Assembly (NCBI GenBank): GCA_030390025.1
Contig: CM059432.1
Span: 43,402,001 to 43,466,000, forward strand
Length of the DNA: 64,000 nt
From: Squalus acanthias
Lineage: Eukaryota
Reading direction: 5' to 3'
Below, in pieces: positions 37,136-51,021 of this stretch. The position numbers were made by a program, and so were the translations under genes. The number at the start of each line of letters is the position of its first letter. Within the stretch, counting starts at the first letter, position 1. The notes below the pieces were generated by a model. That model ran no database searches. It saw only the letters and a list, made by a program, of their open reading frames with translations, and was not told where the DNA came from.

Positions 37136-40100
37136 GTGAGTCTTGTGGAGGTGACCTGTTCACCAAGCATGTTTAACATTGACAGGGTATTTTATTTTAG
37201 TTACTGTCAACCTAGAAGTGAAATTATAACCATTTATTGACTTGATGATAGGGTCTTGTTTTGTGTGCAACGTGTCACATTTTATTAGTCATACGTTGTG
37301 TATGAACTGTTAAGCCATGTGGCTGATAGTGTTATATTATCTTAAGATAAAATATGTATCGAGAGAGACTGAAAGTGCACAGCTGTCTGTTTACAGATTA
37401 TTTGGTTAGAAGTCCAGAAGTGGCTGCAGTTTAAAGGAGAGTACACTTCGCAGATGGTGTTTTGAAATTGTATCTGCCTGCTTGTACTGCTGTGTGTAGG
37501 TATTGCCAGTTGTTCAAGAAGATTTTTCTTAGGGGAGTTGTTGTGTGGTCTTATTCAACCAACATTTTTGTCCATTTTAGAGCTATTAAATGCTGCATGT
37601 TACATCTGTACCATTGCATAGTATACTGTTTGTTACTAACACATTTTTGTTAATAGATGTCAGGCTACAGTTTACTAGGTTGCTGTGCACTGTATTGTTT
37701 TCCCAGTGATATATGAAAGCTAGTGTGCTGTACTGTACTGTCAGCCCTTGTAATGTGGTACATAATCTGCAAATAACAGATGTGTGCAACCACAAGCATG
37801 TGCAAGATTTAATCTACTTGAGCATATCTGACACTTGGCTGTTTTTTTGACACCCATCTGTACTATAGTCTGTTAGGATGGTCTTCACAATCTGCCCCGA
37901 GTGCTGTAGTTAAATTTCATTTTCATTGAGAATAGGATTTGTATGATAGCTTTTTTTTAAAAAAAACACAGTAATTCAGTAATTGGGGCCATAAACTCTA
38001 GCTGCACAACTGTTAATTTGAAAACCTCTTGTAACTACATCTCTGTGTTTGCTAAAGCTCAGATGGACGAGACAATTATGTAACTCTCAATTGTGTCCAG
38101 CTAGGGGACTTCAACTCTAATGTGGATATATTGGGTGCCTTTTAATAGGATGGATTATAACCTTTTTTTTATATCACATAACTTTTGACCAATAAACCTG
38201 CATGCTAGTAGCCATGAGTTGACAACAAAATAAACAGAAACATTCCAGAATGGTCTGTTTCTATATTTCTACTGTTAAAGCAAAATCTAGCTCGCATTAT
38301 CAGTGGTGCTGAATATAAAAAGTTAAATGGCGAGCTAAAAAAGCACGAGAAAACTGTTTTAACAAACCTAACATTTTATTGAAAATGGTAAAAATCCGCA
38401 CTCCTTGCATTTACTTGGGCAGGGCTTTCATTTGGCCTTGTGGTCCTATTGTGTTTGTGTTTCTGCCAACACTAAACACAAGACAACTTTAAATTTTTAT
38501 TGGTGTAAACAAATATTTGTTTGGATCTCTGTCTTTGGGAGTCATATTACTTTTTTTAAATTGTACGTGTGTGTGTGTAAATAGTATGCATATAGATGTG
38601 TATTTCAGTACGAGATGTACTAAAGTATGGTTTTAGATATGGTTTGCCCATAAATATGCATGCAGTAAACTATGTGTGTTCTGTCAGGCCGTTGTATATA
38701 GGAGAGTGTTCGAGTCAGGGGCTACTATAGTGTACAATTTCACAAAGCAAATCTTGTGAACCCTGTACAGTACTTCCAAAGAACAGACGCAGGCTTATAA
38801 ATACAGCACCATTAATGCATCTGGCATTGCTCAGGGTCATTTCCGTGAAAGACCATCAGTGATCATGGTCATTGTAGTACAAAATGATACTGTTCTGTTA
38901 GAAATGGCCTGGCATTAGGTCAGACCACCCTCTTAACTTCTGCTGTCCAGATGTGGCCACAGCTCTTTTTCTTTACATTTCAAAAATTGATTCTGTTTTC
39001 AGAATCTGGTTCTACTTAGGACATCTCCATCCTGGGGCGCATTTCATAAATTGTCCACATATTTTTCTTAGCAGAGAACTTAACTGGCTGTAATTTTTAA
39101 CACATGGCTATGTCATGTGATATTTTCAAAACACTTGCAGACAGCACTGAGCAAGTCCCAGTAGAAATAAACAGCCATTCTGCCGCCAGTCTTTTTTTTA
39201 ATAAGTATAAAAGAATTATCTGCATTTTATATGTAGAAGAAACTTTATTTTAACACACATTTCTACGGCACAGTTTGAAATAGCTCGCAAATAAACAACT
39301 TATTGCTTCTTGGATTCAATGAGACTTTTTAAAATCTGTAAACATATATTAAAGTTATTGGGAAATCGAAGTACATATTGCGCTTTAACTATTACCAATA
39401 AGCAGCAGATCATGCTTTGTTCTGCAAGGTGTCCAATATGTTTTCTGGAGGGCATGTCCGATTGTTCAGTATTTCTGAAAGATGACAGAAGTCCAGTTTT
39501 TTTTTCTTTTTCTTATTTCTGTAAAAATTCTTTCACGTAAGATTAGTTATGGTTCAATCTGATAGTTTAGAGGTTGTCTCAAGTTCTCCCTAATGGTTTA
39601 AGGATTGATTTGTCTACTTTTTTTTTAATAAAGTGCTTGAATAATACCAGTCACCCCGAAACACAAACTAAAACATTACCCTTTTGTTTATAGCAGGCTG
39701 ACTAATCTAATGAACCAAATGATTTTCATATTGTGGGTCCAGAGACCTCATATGCTGTGGCAGCTTTGTTTCAGCAGCATCCTGAAGAGTCGTCTACCAC
39801 AGAGTCATGAGGGTCACATATGGCTTCTCTAGACAAGCAGCATCCTACCATGGGCAAAGAATATTCAACATTAAAAATTTAGTTTTGAAGAATCTAATGA
39901 AGTGCTCTGATAAATTTAGAAATTAGAAGCTTTTTTTTAACCTACACAACATCCCCATTTAAAGCTTAAATTTATGTTTCGTTCACCTTTACTACAAAAA
40001 CTCCTATGTATACATTTTTGCTAAATATTGCCTTGTGGTTTCATGCATTTCATTTTATGTTAGTGTATTTAGTACTGGACTAGGCTAGCTTTCTGTAGAT

Positions 40101-43100
40101 ATTCCAGGATAGACAAATATATACATTGTGAAGGCTGCATAAGAATTGCTAATCAAAGGGTTAATGTACTGTCTACCGCATCTATGCTGTAAAAAAAAAA
40201 TCAGCTTGATTAATGCAAAATGCAATGCAACAAACAAATCGGGCAGTATATTTCTGCACTCTAATGGCTACCCCCCTCTGAATTAATTTTAAAACCGGGC
40301 ATGGAATTCTATAAAAAGGTGGATAAATTTTGCTTCGTGTTTCCAAAAATTCAGTTAGCAGAATAGTCTTAAAAAGAATATTGCCTTTTTTTTCTGGAAT
40401 TAAATTAAAAGGCCTTTGACCTTGTCTTTAAAACAATATCTGAGCAAGCTTTTGTGCTACAGCAATTGGTAGCTCTCCCGCAGGCACTGTGCAGATAGCC
40501 TGCTGCAGTCCCATAGCCCTCACCTTATTTAATATAATGGAATAAAACTACTTTTGGAACCACCTGGTACAGATGAGGCAACCCGGGGGATGTGTACTTC
40601 AGGGATCGAGGAAACCGAATGCTAAGAAATGTGAAAGTCTAAGGGGACAACTGGGGGATTGCAGAAAAAAAACAGTACAGGGACACTAATACATCTTCCT
40701 GACAAGCAGAGGTTTGATGGGACATGTACTGCATACTGTTCCATCTGGTGCTTATGATTGCATGGCATATTAGCGTGCTGCAAGTTCATAATGTATTCAA
40801 GGCGAGAAACCATCCCCTGCATACCAAGTGAGCTCTCCTTCCCAAGACTGCCTTTGAATCTTGATGATCGTGTCTTGCATGTTCCACCTGTGTTCTACAG
40901 GATGCGATTTTTTTTTTTTTACACACCACGAGAGACGTGCACCCCATGCATCTGCTGCAGTGGTGGATCTGCTTATTTATGTAAACACACAAGTTGGATT
41001 GTAATCAGACTTACCAGTGGCTTATTAGAATCGTAAACCAATTCTCCTATCCAACCTCTAATTACAGAGATAATTGCGATCAAACAGCATGAGTTAAGGG
41101 GATGGGTCACAAGTGCCGACATACTCAGCATTGGTTACTGAGCCATCATCCCAAGCTTTTTGGCTCATAGCAAGATTTTCACTGCTGCACTCCCAGGCAT
41201 TCATACTGAAGAGACCCCAAACTACCACAGTGCATAGTATTCGGGCGTAACGTGACATATTGGCTTTAAATTTCAGCATAAGTTTCATTTGTGTTTGAGG
41301 ACATTTCCAATTATCCCCCTTGGTTGGTGATAACATTTCTAAACATTAACCTTCATTACAGTATGCTGCCTTTGTAATTAAGATGTACTGTTGCTTTGCT
41401 AAAGCAGGCTACTTGCTACTTGCCTGCTAAATTCAGAGAAATCTGTACCGAGTGAGTGTGGGTAATCTGAAATATTTCAGCAAATGTTTGCAAGATTCCT
41501 TGAATGTTTCAACATATCACACAAAAACTGTAAATATCTGCTTCTGGAGATACAATGCACACATCACTTCATGCACTTGAACACTATGTGTAATCCCTAG
41601 AAACCAGACCCCACCAAGTCAGCCTCTCGTATGAAAGAGCACCTTGTTTAAAACAGACTGAATAATTAATATAGGCTGCGTGTAGTGAAGTAATTCCATT
41701 TGCTTTATATAGTGTCATACATTTTCACATATTGGAGGCTGTTAGATAAAGGAATTTGGCAGACAGTCATCTTTTAGACTGCTTCCATTTAAACAATTTA
41801 AAAAAAACCCTGCCACAAGCTTGATTTACCTTTTTGCCACTGTCTTTTAATTGTCTTTAACCGATCAGACTCAAAGTTGCTTCGTATTTACTATCTTCTA
41901 GAATGGAAATGATTTCACATTATTGCTCGCAAACTTTTGTTTCCATTCAGGCTTGGCCATGCAGCCTTTAATTTGAAAATAGTATGCATAACAAGTAAAC
42001 TCTTTTTAAAAAAAAAAAAAATACTGCACTTTCACTTCTAATAAGTGTTTCAGTTTCTAGAGGAAGAGAGGGAAGTTAAATCAACATTCCCATGATTATG
42101 CTTTTAAATTAGGAATAAAGTATTCTTGCAGAAACTTAACATTTTGAGCTGAAAAGGTTCTTTTGTACACTTACACTGTGGCTTTGCTAAAAAACAAATC
42201 ATCATTCAGAATGATTGTGCTACCCAGAACAAATGGAACTGATTTACAAATACTCAAACCATATTTTCTGAGTTTACATCAAGTCACTAACTTTACTAGA
42301 GGCTTGCTTTTTTTTTTTGGATATGGATTAGGACTGGCCCATTACTTCAGCATTATCTCCATCATGAATTGATTGCGCTAAACAGCACTGAATGAGTTGC
42401 AGATGGTGGCATTACATTTAATTTGGAGGACCTCTCGGCTCTGGCTCCATCTGATCCAGGGCAGGTTGGCTGTGCATGAAACCTTCTGGCTGACACCAAA
42501 CTGTCAGTACAGTAGAAGCATGTGTCTGCCGGGTTGGGGGAGGCAGTTTTAATCCTCAGCAGAGCTGTGCTGCAGATGGAGATGCTTGGGTGACTATTTT
42601 GGATAGCTTTCAAGATTTCATAAGGAAGTTCTGTATTAGGACTAATTGTGTGTGCTAAAGTGTAGAGATACACAGAAGTAACATGATTTCAGATTTATAA
42701 TTACAGTTTATGCTTCAGTACTTGTAGAATGCTGAGATATTTAAGCATGAGGGATATGAGCCTCTTGTATAAGTAACAGATTAATTCCACAGGCTTCTTT
42801 CCCATGTGTTTTGGAGCTGGTTATCTGGACGGTCTTTTTTAACAGTACAGCTTGAGTGTTAGCAGAATGGAAACCAGATGGGCTAGCAGTTCCCACTGTT
42901 ATCTCCCAACCAGCCCTGGCAAGCTCGCTGCCCCAGCATGTTAGGAATAGTTTCCTTTATTTAGGAGAGCCTGAATTCACTGCTCTGTCTGCAGTAACAT
43001 GTGGTTGTTAGTTTTGGGTTTAGGAACTGAAAAATATTTATTCCATGTGATTCTAACCACTTGAGGTAGTGAGGTGAAAAGACAGGGTGCACTGTTGAGC

Positions 43101-45073
43101 AGTGAAGGCTGGAAAACGACTGAGTATCATTGGCAAGCTTGTTAGGTCCCAAATATGAATTTAGTCATGGCCTTTTGAAAATACCAAAACTGTAAGTTGA
43201 CATTAAGAATAAAATCTAGTGGATAAAGAAGTGACAAATAGTGAGAGACCCATTTATTTTTTGTGTTTCATGATCCTAATCTTCTGAAAAAGCTGTGGTA
43301 GCAAGAACATTGAAACATTTTGGAAGAAGTAAATCTCTGGATAGATATTGGTACTGTGATCTTATGTGCTTTAATAAAGTTAATGTGGATTTTTTAAAAA
43401 GCATTTCAGTTAAAATTGCATTAAAATTAGCCTAATGTCCAGGCCTGTGTGTTACTGATTTATATATTTGTGCCAATTGCCCTATTTTTAAAATTTGCTT
43501 GGCTTCCAATAATGTGGTGAAGTGTGTGACCAATGAATTGCTGGATTAAACAGAAATCAAATAACGTTTCACAGTAATTATACAATGCATAGACAAAGTC
43601 CTATTAATTTTAATTAGCTATGAGCTGTTCTACAAGACAGAAAGAGGCACTATATTACACACAAACTATTTATGTTTAGTCACAGTTCAAGCATTCCAAA
43701 TATCCTAAAATGTAGGTATGTGTTATATGTACGTGGTGACGGATATTATCGATAAGAAGTAACATTGTAAATAAAATATATAGTACAATAGGCCCTAATC
43801 ATAGCCTCAGACTTTACGGACCCATTTAAAGCCAGGACCTTGGCTGGCCTCCATTCTTTTCACAATTGGATTCCATCTATCCAGCAACATTCTTGTTAGA
43901 CCAAAATAAAATGACTGCTTTACTTCTGGATCTGAGGAAAGCCTAGATTATGGCAAGATGGAAAAAGACTGCATGGGAAGAAAGTAACTGAAACATGGGG
44001 GACGATTCGTGAAGGAAAAAGTGAAATCTATCATTGCACTGGGGAAGGAAAAGAAAATGTAGGAAGTAGGCACTGTGTGTTACAAAAACTTCTGGGACTT
44101 GTCCTGATTAAAATCTTAACTCCATCCTTTTAAATGTTTCTGCAGAGACGAGAACTCAAAAAGTTGAAAAAGCTTTTTTTGTGAACTATTTGAAATTGAT
44201 AGGTTTCTATAAACATATGAAAATTGAAATATGATATTCAGTTTACAAGCTTGGTGGACAGGAAAACAGTGCGGTACATTGAGACTGTTTGATGGAAATA
44301 GTGTGCAAGAATTAATTATGGCTTATTGTTAAAGTAGCTCAGGAATAAATGAGACACCTATTCATCTGCAATAAATTTCTGATATACTAATACAGTACTT
44401 TGTAGGCTGTCAGAATCAACCTCACAGTCCAGTATTTGTTTTCAATTTTTATTATAGAATATATTTGGAACCGCCTTTGCATGTTATACTAACATGATGT
44501 TGAAACTATTATGCTTTACCTGCTCCCTTTTTAATGTTCATGAGCCGTGAGTTTCCAGACTGCTGCTTATACAGTTAGTTAACACATGGCACCCTCTGTG
44601 CCAAAACAAAAGAAAACAGGCGGGCATTAGGTGTTGCCTCAGAGATATTGTGTATTTGGTTCACATTATGCCAGTGTCTTACCTGTACATTAGGTTTTTC
44701 TATCAAGTTTGTCTTTAGGGGCTTTATTACATTCCCTTTTCTCTTCATCTTTGTTTTTGGTAATATTTGAGTACTGAACTAGAAGACAATGTCGAAATGG
44801 AATTGGGCTCGTGCTTGGTGCTAAGGAAGCATCTGTACGTCTTTGAGCCAAGAACAAAATGACAATCTCTCCACATTACTAATGAGGTGACACCATCTGG
44901 AACATGCCTCCTTACAATTGTTTTGATCAGGGAATGATTAAAAGATGAAATGACTGTTTTTGGCCACTAAAATTACCTTTTTGGAATGGTATGATGGTAT
45001 TTAACAGTTCCTTGAGCAACTGATGCCCAGAGGAAGAAAAGAATAACACCAATTCCTCTTTTGCCTCTGACAG

Positions 45074-45211
45074 ATCGCACTGAGAAGCGCTCCACGATGC
45101 CAGACTCACCTGCAGATGTAAAAACACAATCCAGGTTGACGCCTCCAACAATGCCACCTCCTCCAACCAACCAAGGAGCACCTCGAACTAGCTCATTCAC
45201 ACCAACAACAT
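45074..45211 (+). CDS. RUNX1T1: RUNX1T1 internal coding exon (138 nt)
   Basis: Pyrimidine tract + CAG acceptor; (D/H)[45 protein letters not shown]; donor T|GTAATT. Near-identical to mammalian ETO and unlike CBFA2T2/3. Confidence 0.96.
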
Positions 45212-46001
45212 GTAATTAGAAATATTGTATTTTAAATTCTGTTTCTACTTGTTTATCTATTTTAGTCTTTATCATTGCTATTCTCTTTTTGCTTTGCATA
45301 AAATTACAGAAAGTATTTTACCGTGGTGGGGAGGAAGAGAAGGTAAGCGAGAAACTGCCTGGTGGTATTACAGTGTAGATCATATGAGTACACAAGGTGT
45401 AAGCTGCAGAGAGAGTGCTGTACTATTAAGTTAACTGGCATCTCTGGGGCTTCCTATATAATGATACTATTAAGTTAGTCTGAAAAGCTAAAACTCTTTG
45501 AATTAACTTCTGTTGCGGTTTAGGGGTTGAATTTATTTATTTATTTTAATCCCTGTAATGCCTTAACCCTGACGGTCTCACTGGAGCTCTTCTGGCAGGT
45601 GCTTCGATAAATATAACCTCCGTACTTGGCCTAGTATTGGGACTGTACACCTGTTTTACTTTAGACTGACAATGCTATTTTCAGATGTTTCCATGCTGTA
45701 TGTGTCCTCCCCAGCAAATGCAAAGTAGAATTCAGCCTGGCCGTATTCAGTGCTGTGTAGCATATGTAAGAAGTAGAATTCTTCTTCTGGAACTTTTTGC
45801 TGTACGCTTAACTAAGACATGCTACACAGCACACAGTTGTTGCTGGCCTGTTTGACGTATGGTGGAAGAAATTTTCACTGTCATTGTTTGCAAGGTTATT
45901 GCTTTTAAAGCATGCTCTCTTTGTATCTGTTATTAATGAGTGGAGCGGTCTATTCTCAACAGACACAAGCCTAATATTTATTTTTATTCCTCCTGTTACA
46001 G

Positions 46002-46243
46002 TAACAAATGGCAGCAGTCACTCGCCCACTGCATTGAATGGGGCACCGTCTCCTCCAAATGGCTTCAGTAATGGAACCTCCTCTTCTTCCTCCTCTTCAC
46101 TGGCAAATCAGCAGCTGCCACCAGCCTGTGGTGCTCGACAGCTCAGCAAGCTGAAGAGATTTCTAACGACCTTGCAACAATTCGGCAATGACATTTCACC
46201 GGAAATTGGGGAGAGAGTGCGAACCTTGGTGCTTGGGTTAGTG
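46002..46243 (+). CDS. RUNX1T1: RUNX1T1 internal coding exon (242 nt), start of TAFH/NHR1 domain
   Basis: TTACAG acceptor; [81 protein letters not shown]; donor GTG|GTAAGT; phases consistent with neighbours. Confidence 0.97.
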
Positions 46244-46702
46244 GTAAGTAGGGAATACAAAACTGTTTCAAGTTCTTTGCCACACACCTCATAGTATATC
46301 GATGTATGTTTGTGCGTAAAAAGTCAGTTCTCCAGTTACTGCACTTGTACTGGCATCTCTCAAAGCTGCCCCAGTATTTTTGATCAAATTGTGCGATTCA
46401 GGATCATTCCTGTACCAAAGACACAGGGCTTTAACTCTCCAGCTCAGTGTCAAAATGGTTACAGTGGAGGGGAGAATGCTTACCTCCTGCTGTAAGTGAC
46501 ATTGGATTGCATACACCACAAGCTAAGTTGTTTTATTTATAGAGAACACTGCAGTGATCAGATTGAGAGACTAAAAATCAAATGGTCTAAAACTTTGTCC
46601 ATTTTGAATATTATTACTTCAGGCAAATAGCAATATGGAGTAACTGGTCACAGGTGTGTGACTGTGATTTTCTTTATTCCCCTCCTCTTTCCTGAAGATA
46701 GT

Positions 46703-46824
46703 GGGGGTGAAATTGATAGCGCAAAATGGGTGCTAGCAAATCAGCAGCCCGCTTTGCACGCAGACGGAAAATAAAAATTTGACTGGGTTCACTATTGGCC
46801 ATTTTCAAGACCACTTTCACCCCC
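46703..46824. mobile_element. Short MITE, PIF/Harbinger-like
   Basis: GGGGGTGAAATTG / CACTTTCACCCCC termini flanked by AGT/AGT; internal GCGCAAAATGGG..GCAGCCCG resembles the 17718 MITE. Confidence 0.6.
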
Positions 46825-47014
46825 AGTGACTCATGCTTGTATATATTTGCATAGCCATTAGTAGCTTTCCAGTACTACAACCAACTGGTCATTCCTCACA
46901 TTCGATAGTGAGTGTTGTGCTATTTGGCTGTGGCAGCCATCAGAAATCAGCCTGATGCTATCTTCTCCTGACATTCACACAAGAACGTTTCCAGTAGTGA
47001 TCATCAGCTAGTGC

Positions 47015-47347
47015 TCAGTAGAGTAAATAGGAGAAACTGTTTCCACTGGCAGGAGGGTCGGTAACCCGAGGACACAGATTTAAGGTCATTGGCAAAAGAA
47101 CCAGAGGGGAGGCGAAGAGAATTTTCTTTTAAGCAGCGAGTTGTTATGATCTGGATTGCACTGCATGAAAGGGTGGTGGAAACAGATTGACTAGTAACTT
47201 TCAAAAGGGAATTGGATATATAATTAGATAAGGAAAGATTTGCGAGGCTATAGGGAAAGAGCAGAGTAATGGGACTAAATGGATAATTCTTTCGAAGAGC
47301 AGGCACAATGGGCCGAATGGCCGCCTTCTGTGCTGTATGATTTTATA
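47015..47347 (+). mobile_element. CR1 LINE 3' fragment
   Basis: AAACTGTTTCCACTGGCAGGAGGGTCGGTAACC..GGACACAGATTTAAGGT..GCAGCGAGTTGTT..ATGGGCCGAATGGCCGCCTTCTGTGCTGTATGAT. Confidence 0.85.
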
Positions 47348-48287
47348 ATCATTTGCAGGAACTCTAGGTGACTGACTGACTAATTTTCACTCGCCTTAGT
47401 CTGGGGACATGGAAGCTAATGTCGTTCCCCCCTCTGCTGCTCCATTTGTGATTAGTTAACTTGCTGCAGACTAGGGCACATTGTGCATTATGCCCTGAGA
47501 CAGCGGGACAACTTTAGTGATTTCTTTTTGGAAGGAGGTGTTATAAAGAATGGTGTCTCATAGCTGTAACATGTACCTACTAGACTAACTTATTTGATAA
47601 ACTAACTGCATTAGAATGTAATGTTGTTAGCTGGTTCAGTATCTTATTCTGAAGTTAGTGGAGTGGAATGGAATGATTCTATCAAACTTGCAATATGCTG
47701 AGTGGGTAAATGCTTCAGGTCATACGTTACGGAGCCATACATGCCAAAAGATGTGAACTCTGCCTGGTGCTGAATTAGTTGATGTCAGCTCAGACAGCAA
47801 TGGAGGCACTTCAGTTGGCGGAATTCCTGATGTAGAGAAGGGAAATATGAGTCAGAATACCCACTTCTGATGCACGTGCTGAAAATCTGTGTGCAGATTC
47901 TGGTGATAGATCAGTCTCTTCTGTGATGCCCCACTGCTGAATAGCCTGCTCTTGCTATTCAGGCTCACACATGATGGATAATCAATTTGGTTCAGTTATT
48001 GGAGGGCTTATGGAACTGTACCCCAGCATAAGTCAGTATCTTCAGGAAAAGAGGGTAAGGAGAGATATTTGGAGAAGAAAAGCAACTTTTGATGCACTTA
48101 ACTAGTGTGTGCTTATTGAGGCGAAAGCTCATGAGAATTCATAGCTGTGAAAGTCTTTTGTGCTCTTGATGGCCATTGTCCAGAGAGAAGAATTGGCTTG
48201 TATTTACTTCATGTTTCAAGCTTAGGTTGTCTAAACTGTTGCCCACATGTCTCGTGTACCCTGGTCACTCAACCAGCTGTAGGCTGT

Positions 48288-48674
48288 TTTTTTTAAAAAT
48301 TCATTCACGGGATGTGGACGTCGCCGGCAAGGCCAGCATTTATTGCCCATTCATAATTGCCCTTGAGAAGGTGGTGGTGAGCTGCCTTTTTGAATACAAC
48401 TGAGTGGCTTGCTAGGCCATTTCAGAGGGAAGTTTAGAGTCAGCCACATTGCTGTGGGTCTGGAGTCACATATAGGCCAGACCGGGTAAGGATGGCAGAT
48501 TTCCTTCCAAAGGACATTAGTGAACCAGATGGGTTTTTAACGACAATCCGGTAGTTTCATGGTCACCTTTTTATTTAATTAATTGAATTTAAATTTGATT
48601 TGAACTCATGTCTCCAGATCATTAGTTCAGGCCTCTGGATTACTAGTCCAGTAACATAACCACTATGCTACCGT
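48288..48674 (-). mobile_element. tRNA-derived SINE (second family); tail shared with the LINE at 60860-62450
   Basis: Minus-strand head CGGTAGCATAGTGGTTATG (A box)..GAGTTCAAATC (B box); tail GGCAAGGCCAGCATTTATTGCCCATTCATAATTGCCCTTG matches ~60889-60927. Confidence 0.75.
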
Positions 48675-48984
48675 AACATTCCCAGTGCCTGCTCCATTTC
48701 AAGTTTAGGTTATATTTCTTGTATCATTACAATAAGTCCTAAAAACACCAATGAGGGAGCAATTCTAAGAATGGATATTTCCAGAGTAGGAATTGCTTAT
48801 GCTGCTGGACTCATTTATTTGAAATATAATGTGAAATTATTATGGAACAGCAAATTCAAACAGTTAATTTGTAATTTAACTGGGATGGGGAGATGCTGTT
48901 ATGTGTCTTTAATTGCACAAAATTAATCTACAAAAGTAGCAGACTGGTTTAGTTTAATTTTAGCAGTTTTAGTGAGTGACACAG

Positions 48985-50184
48985 CAACAACAACAACTTG
49001 CATTTATATAGCGCCTTTAATGTAATAAAACGTTCACAGGAGCATTCTCAAACAAAATTTGACACCGAACCACATAAGGAGAAATTAGGGCAGATAACCA
49101 AAAAATTGGTCAAAGAAATAGGTTTTAAGGAACATCTTAAAGGAAGAAAGAGATTGAGATGCGGAGAGGTTTAAGGAGGGAATTCCAGAGCTTAGGAGTG
49201 GCAACTGAAGGCATGGCCACCAATGGTTGAGCAATAAAAATCAGGGATGCTCAAGAGACCAGAATTAGAGGAGCACAGATATCTCAGGATGGAGGGGCGG
49301 GCATGGTGGTGCTGGGGCTGGAGGAGATTACAGAGATAGGGAGGGGTGAGGCTATGGAGGGATTTCAAAATCAAGGCGTTGCTTAACCGGGAGCCAATGT
49401 AGGTCAGCGAGCACAGGGGTGATGAGTGAACGGGACTTCGGCGAGTTAGATCACGGGCAGCTGAGTTTTCAGTGACCTCAAGTTTACTTAGGGTAGAACG
49501 TGGGAGGCCAGCCAGAAGTGCGTTGGAATGGTCAAGTCTAGAGGTAGCAAAGGCATGAATGAGGTTTTCAGCAGCAGATGAGCTGAGGCAGGGGCGGAGA
49601 CGGGCAATGTTACGGTGGTGGAAATAGGCGGTCTTAGTTATGCTGTGGATGTGTGGTCGGAAGCTCATTTCAGGGTCAAATATGACACCAAGGTTGCGAA
49701 CAGTTTGGTTCAGCCTCAGACAGATGCTAGGGAACGGAGTTTGTGGTGGGGACCGAAGTCAATGGCTTCAGTCTTCCCAATATTTAATTGTTGGACAAGC
49801 AGTCTGATCATTTAGAAACCGTGGAGGGATTGAGAGACGTGGAGGTGAGGTAGAGCTGGGTGTCCTCAGCGTACGATGTGGAAACTGAGGCTGTGTTTTC
49901 GGATGATGTCGCCGAGGGGCAGCATATTGATGAGAAATAGGAGGGGGCCAAGGATAGATCCTTGGGGGACACCAGAGGTAACAATGTGGGAGTGGAAAGA
50001 GAAGCCTTTGCAGGTGATTCTCTTGCTACAATTAGATAGATAAGAATGGAACCAAGCAAGTGCAGTACCACCCAGCTGGACGACGGTGGAGAGGCGTTGG
50101 AGAAGGATGGAGTGGTCAACCGTGTCAAAGGCTGCAGACAGGATGAGGAGGGATAGTTTATGTTTGTCACAGTCACATAGGATG
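48985..50184 (-). mobile_element. L2 LINE 3' part (RT to tail)
   Basis: ORFs 49192-49668(-) and 49808-50176(-) parallel the L2 at 2205-3480 (YAEDTQLY); (CAA)n tail at 48985. Confidence 0.9.
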
Positions 50185-50835
50185 CAGCGTTAACTTGAGT
50201 ATTCCTTGAATGGTATTTATATGATAATTATTCACCAAGGGGCTAGCTGATAAGAGACTGAGTGATCCACTAATAAAAAGTTTAGGCACGGTAGGATAGA
50301 TTTTCTTATTCTGTTTCCCCCCTCACTTGCATCCCATCAGGATTTCTTGGGTGTTCCCCAAAGTTCGTGACTGGGTTTGTGCATGGTGTAATGGAGTGGG
50401 TGTTCCCAGCCTCCCACTTCAGTTTCTATTTGACATCTGCTAAAATCTGTGGTAAAGGCCTGCCTGTTCGCTTTCTCCGTCCCTCCCCCCAGGATAGTCT
50501 AAAAGCCTCAGGATGTTGCTCCCTGGCAGCAGTTCAGAAGGACTCGCTGACAGGAGTTCTTCTGTGCTCTGATTTCCTCCCAGATGTTTGGATGAGCTTG
50601 CACTTGTAGTACACCTGGGCTGGAAAATGTGTGCACTTGCAATTTCATAGGTGCAGCCCACCTGAGGTGATCTGAGGCTGTCGGGTGCCCAGCTAGTGCC
50701 CAGAGAGGAAAATCGACTCTTGTAAGCCTCACAAAAAGGGTGCAGTGTAGCATGGTCTGAATTAAATGTAAGCATTTGGGCTCTGCTGGCCTTCCACAAC
50801 ATAAGATCATGAATTCTTTACTTGGAGAATCCATT

Positions 50836-51021
50836 CACTAAAACAGATTATCTGGTCATTATCACACTGCTGTTTGTGGGAGCTTGCTGTGTGCAAATTG
50901 GCTGCCATGCTTCCTACATTACAACAGTGACTACACTTCAAAAGTACTTAATTGACTGTAAAGCACTTTGGGACGTCCGGTGGTCGTGAAAGGCGCTATA
51001 TAAATGCAAGTCTGTCTTTTT
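50836..51021 (+). mobile_element. Deu-type SINE, 3' half
   Basis: Near-identical to 18198-18377. Confidence 0.85.

Larger units (their letters stand above)
46660..47470 (-). mobile_element. Old SINE-like repeat split by a MITE and a CR1 fragment; related copies at ~47690-48070(+), ~51830-52165(+), ~59640-59890(-)
   Basis: Shared degenerate blocks among copies (GCTGA(A/T)TTAG.TGAT.TC, TGTGATG..CC, GAATAG.C, CCCCAGCAT.AGTCA..CTTCAGGAAA.GAGG); family not named with certainty. Confidence 0.5.

Noticed and set aside
45884..46001. N-terminal extension of ORF 45884-46294
   Set aside because: Intronic read-through upstream of the TTACAG acceptor at 46001.
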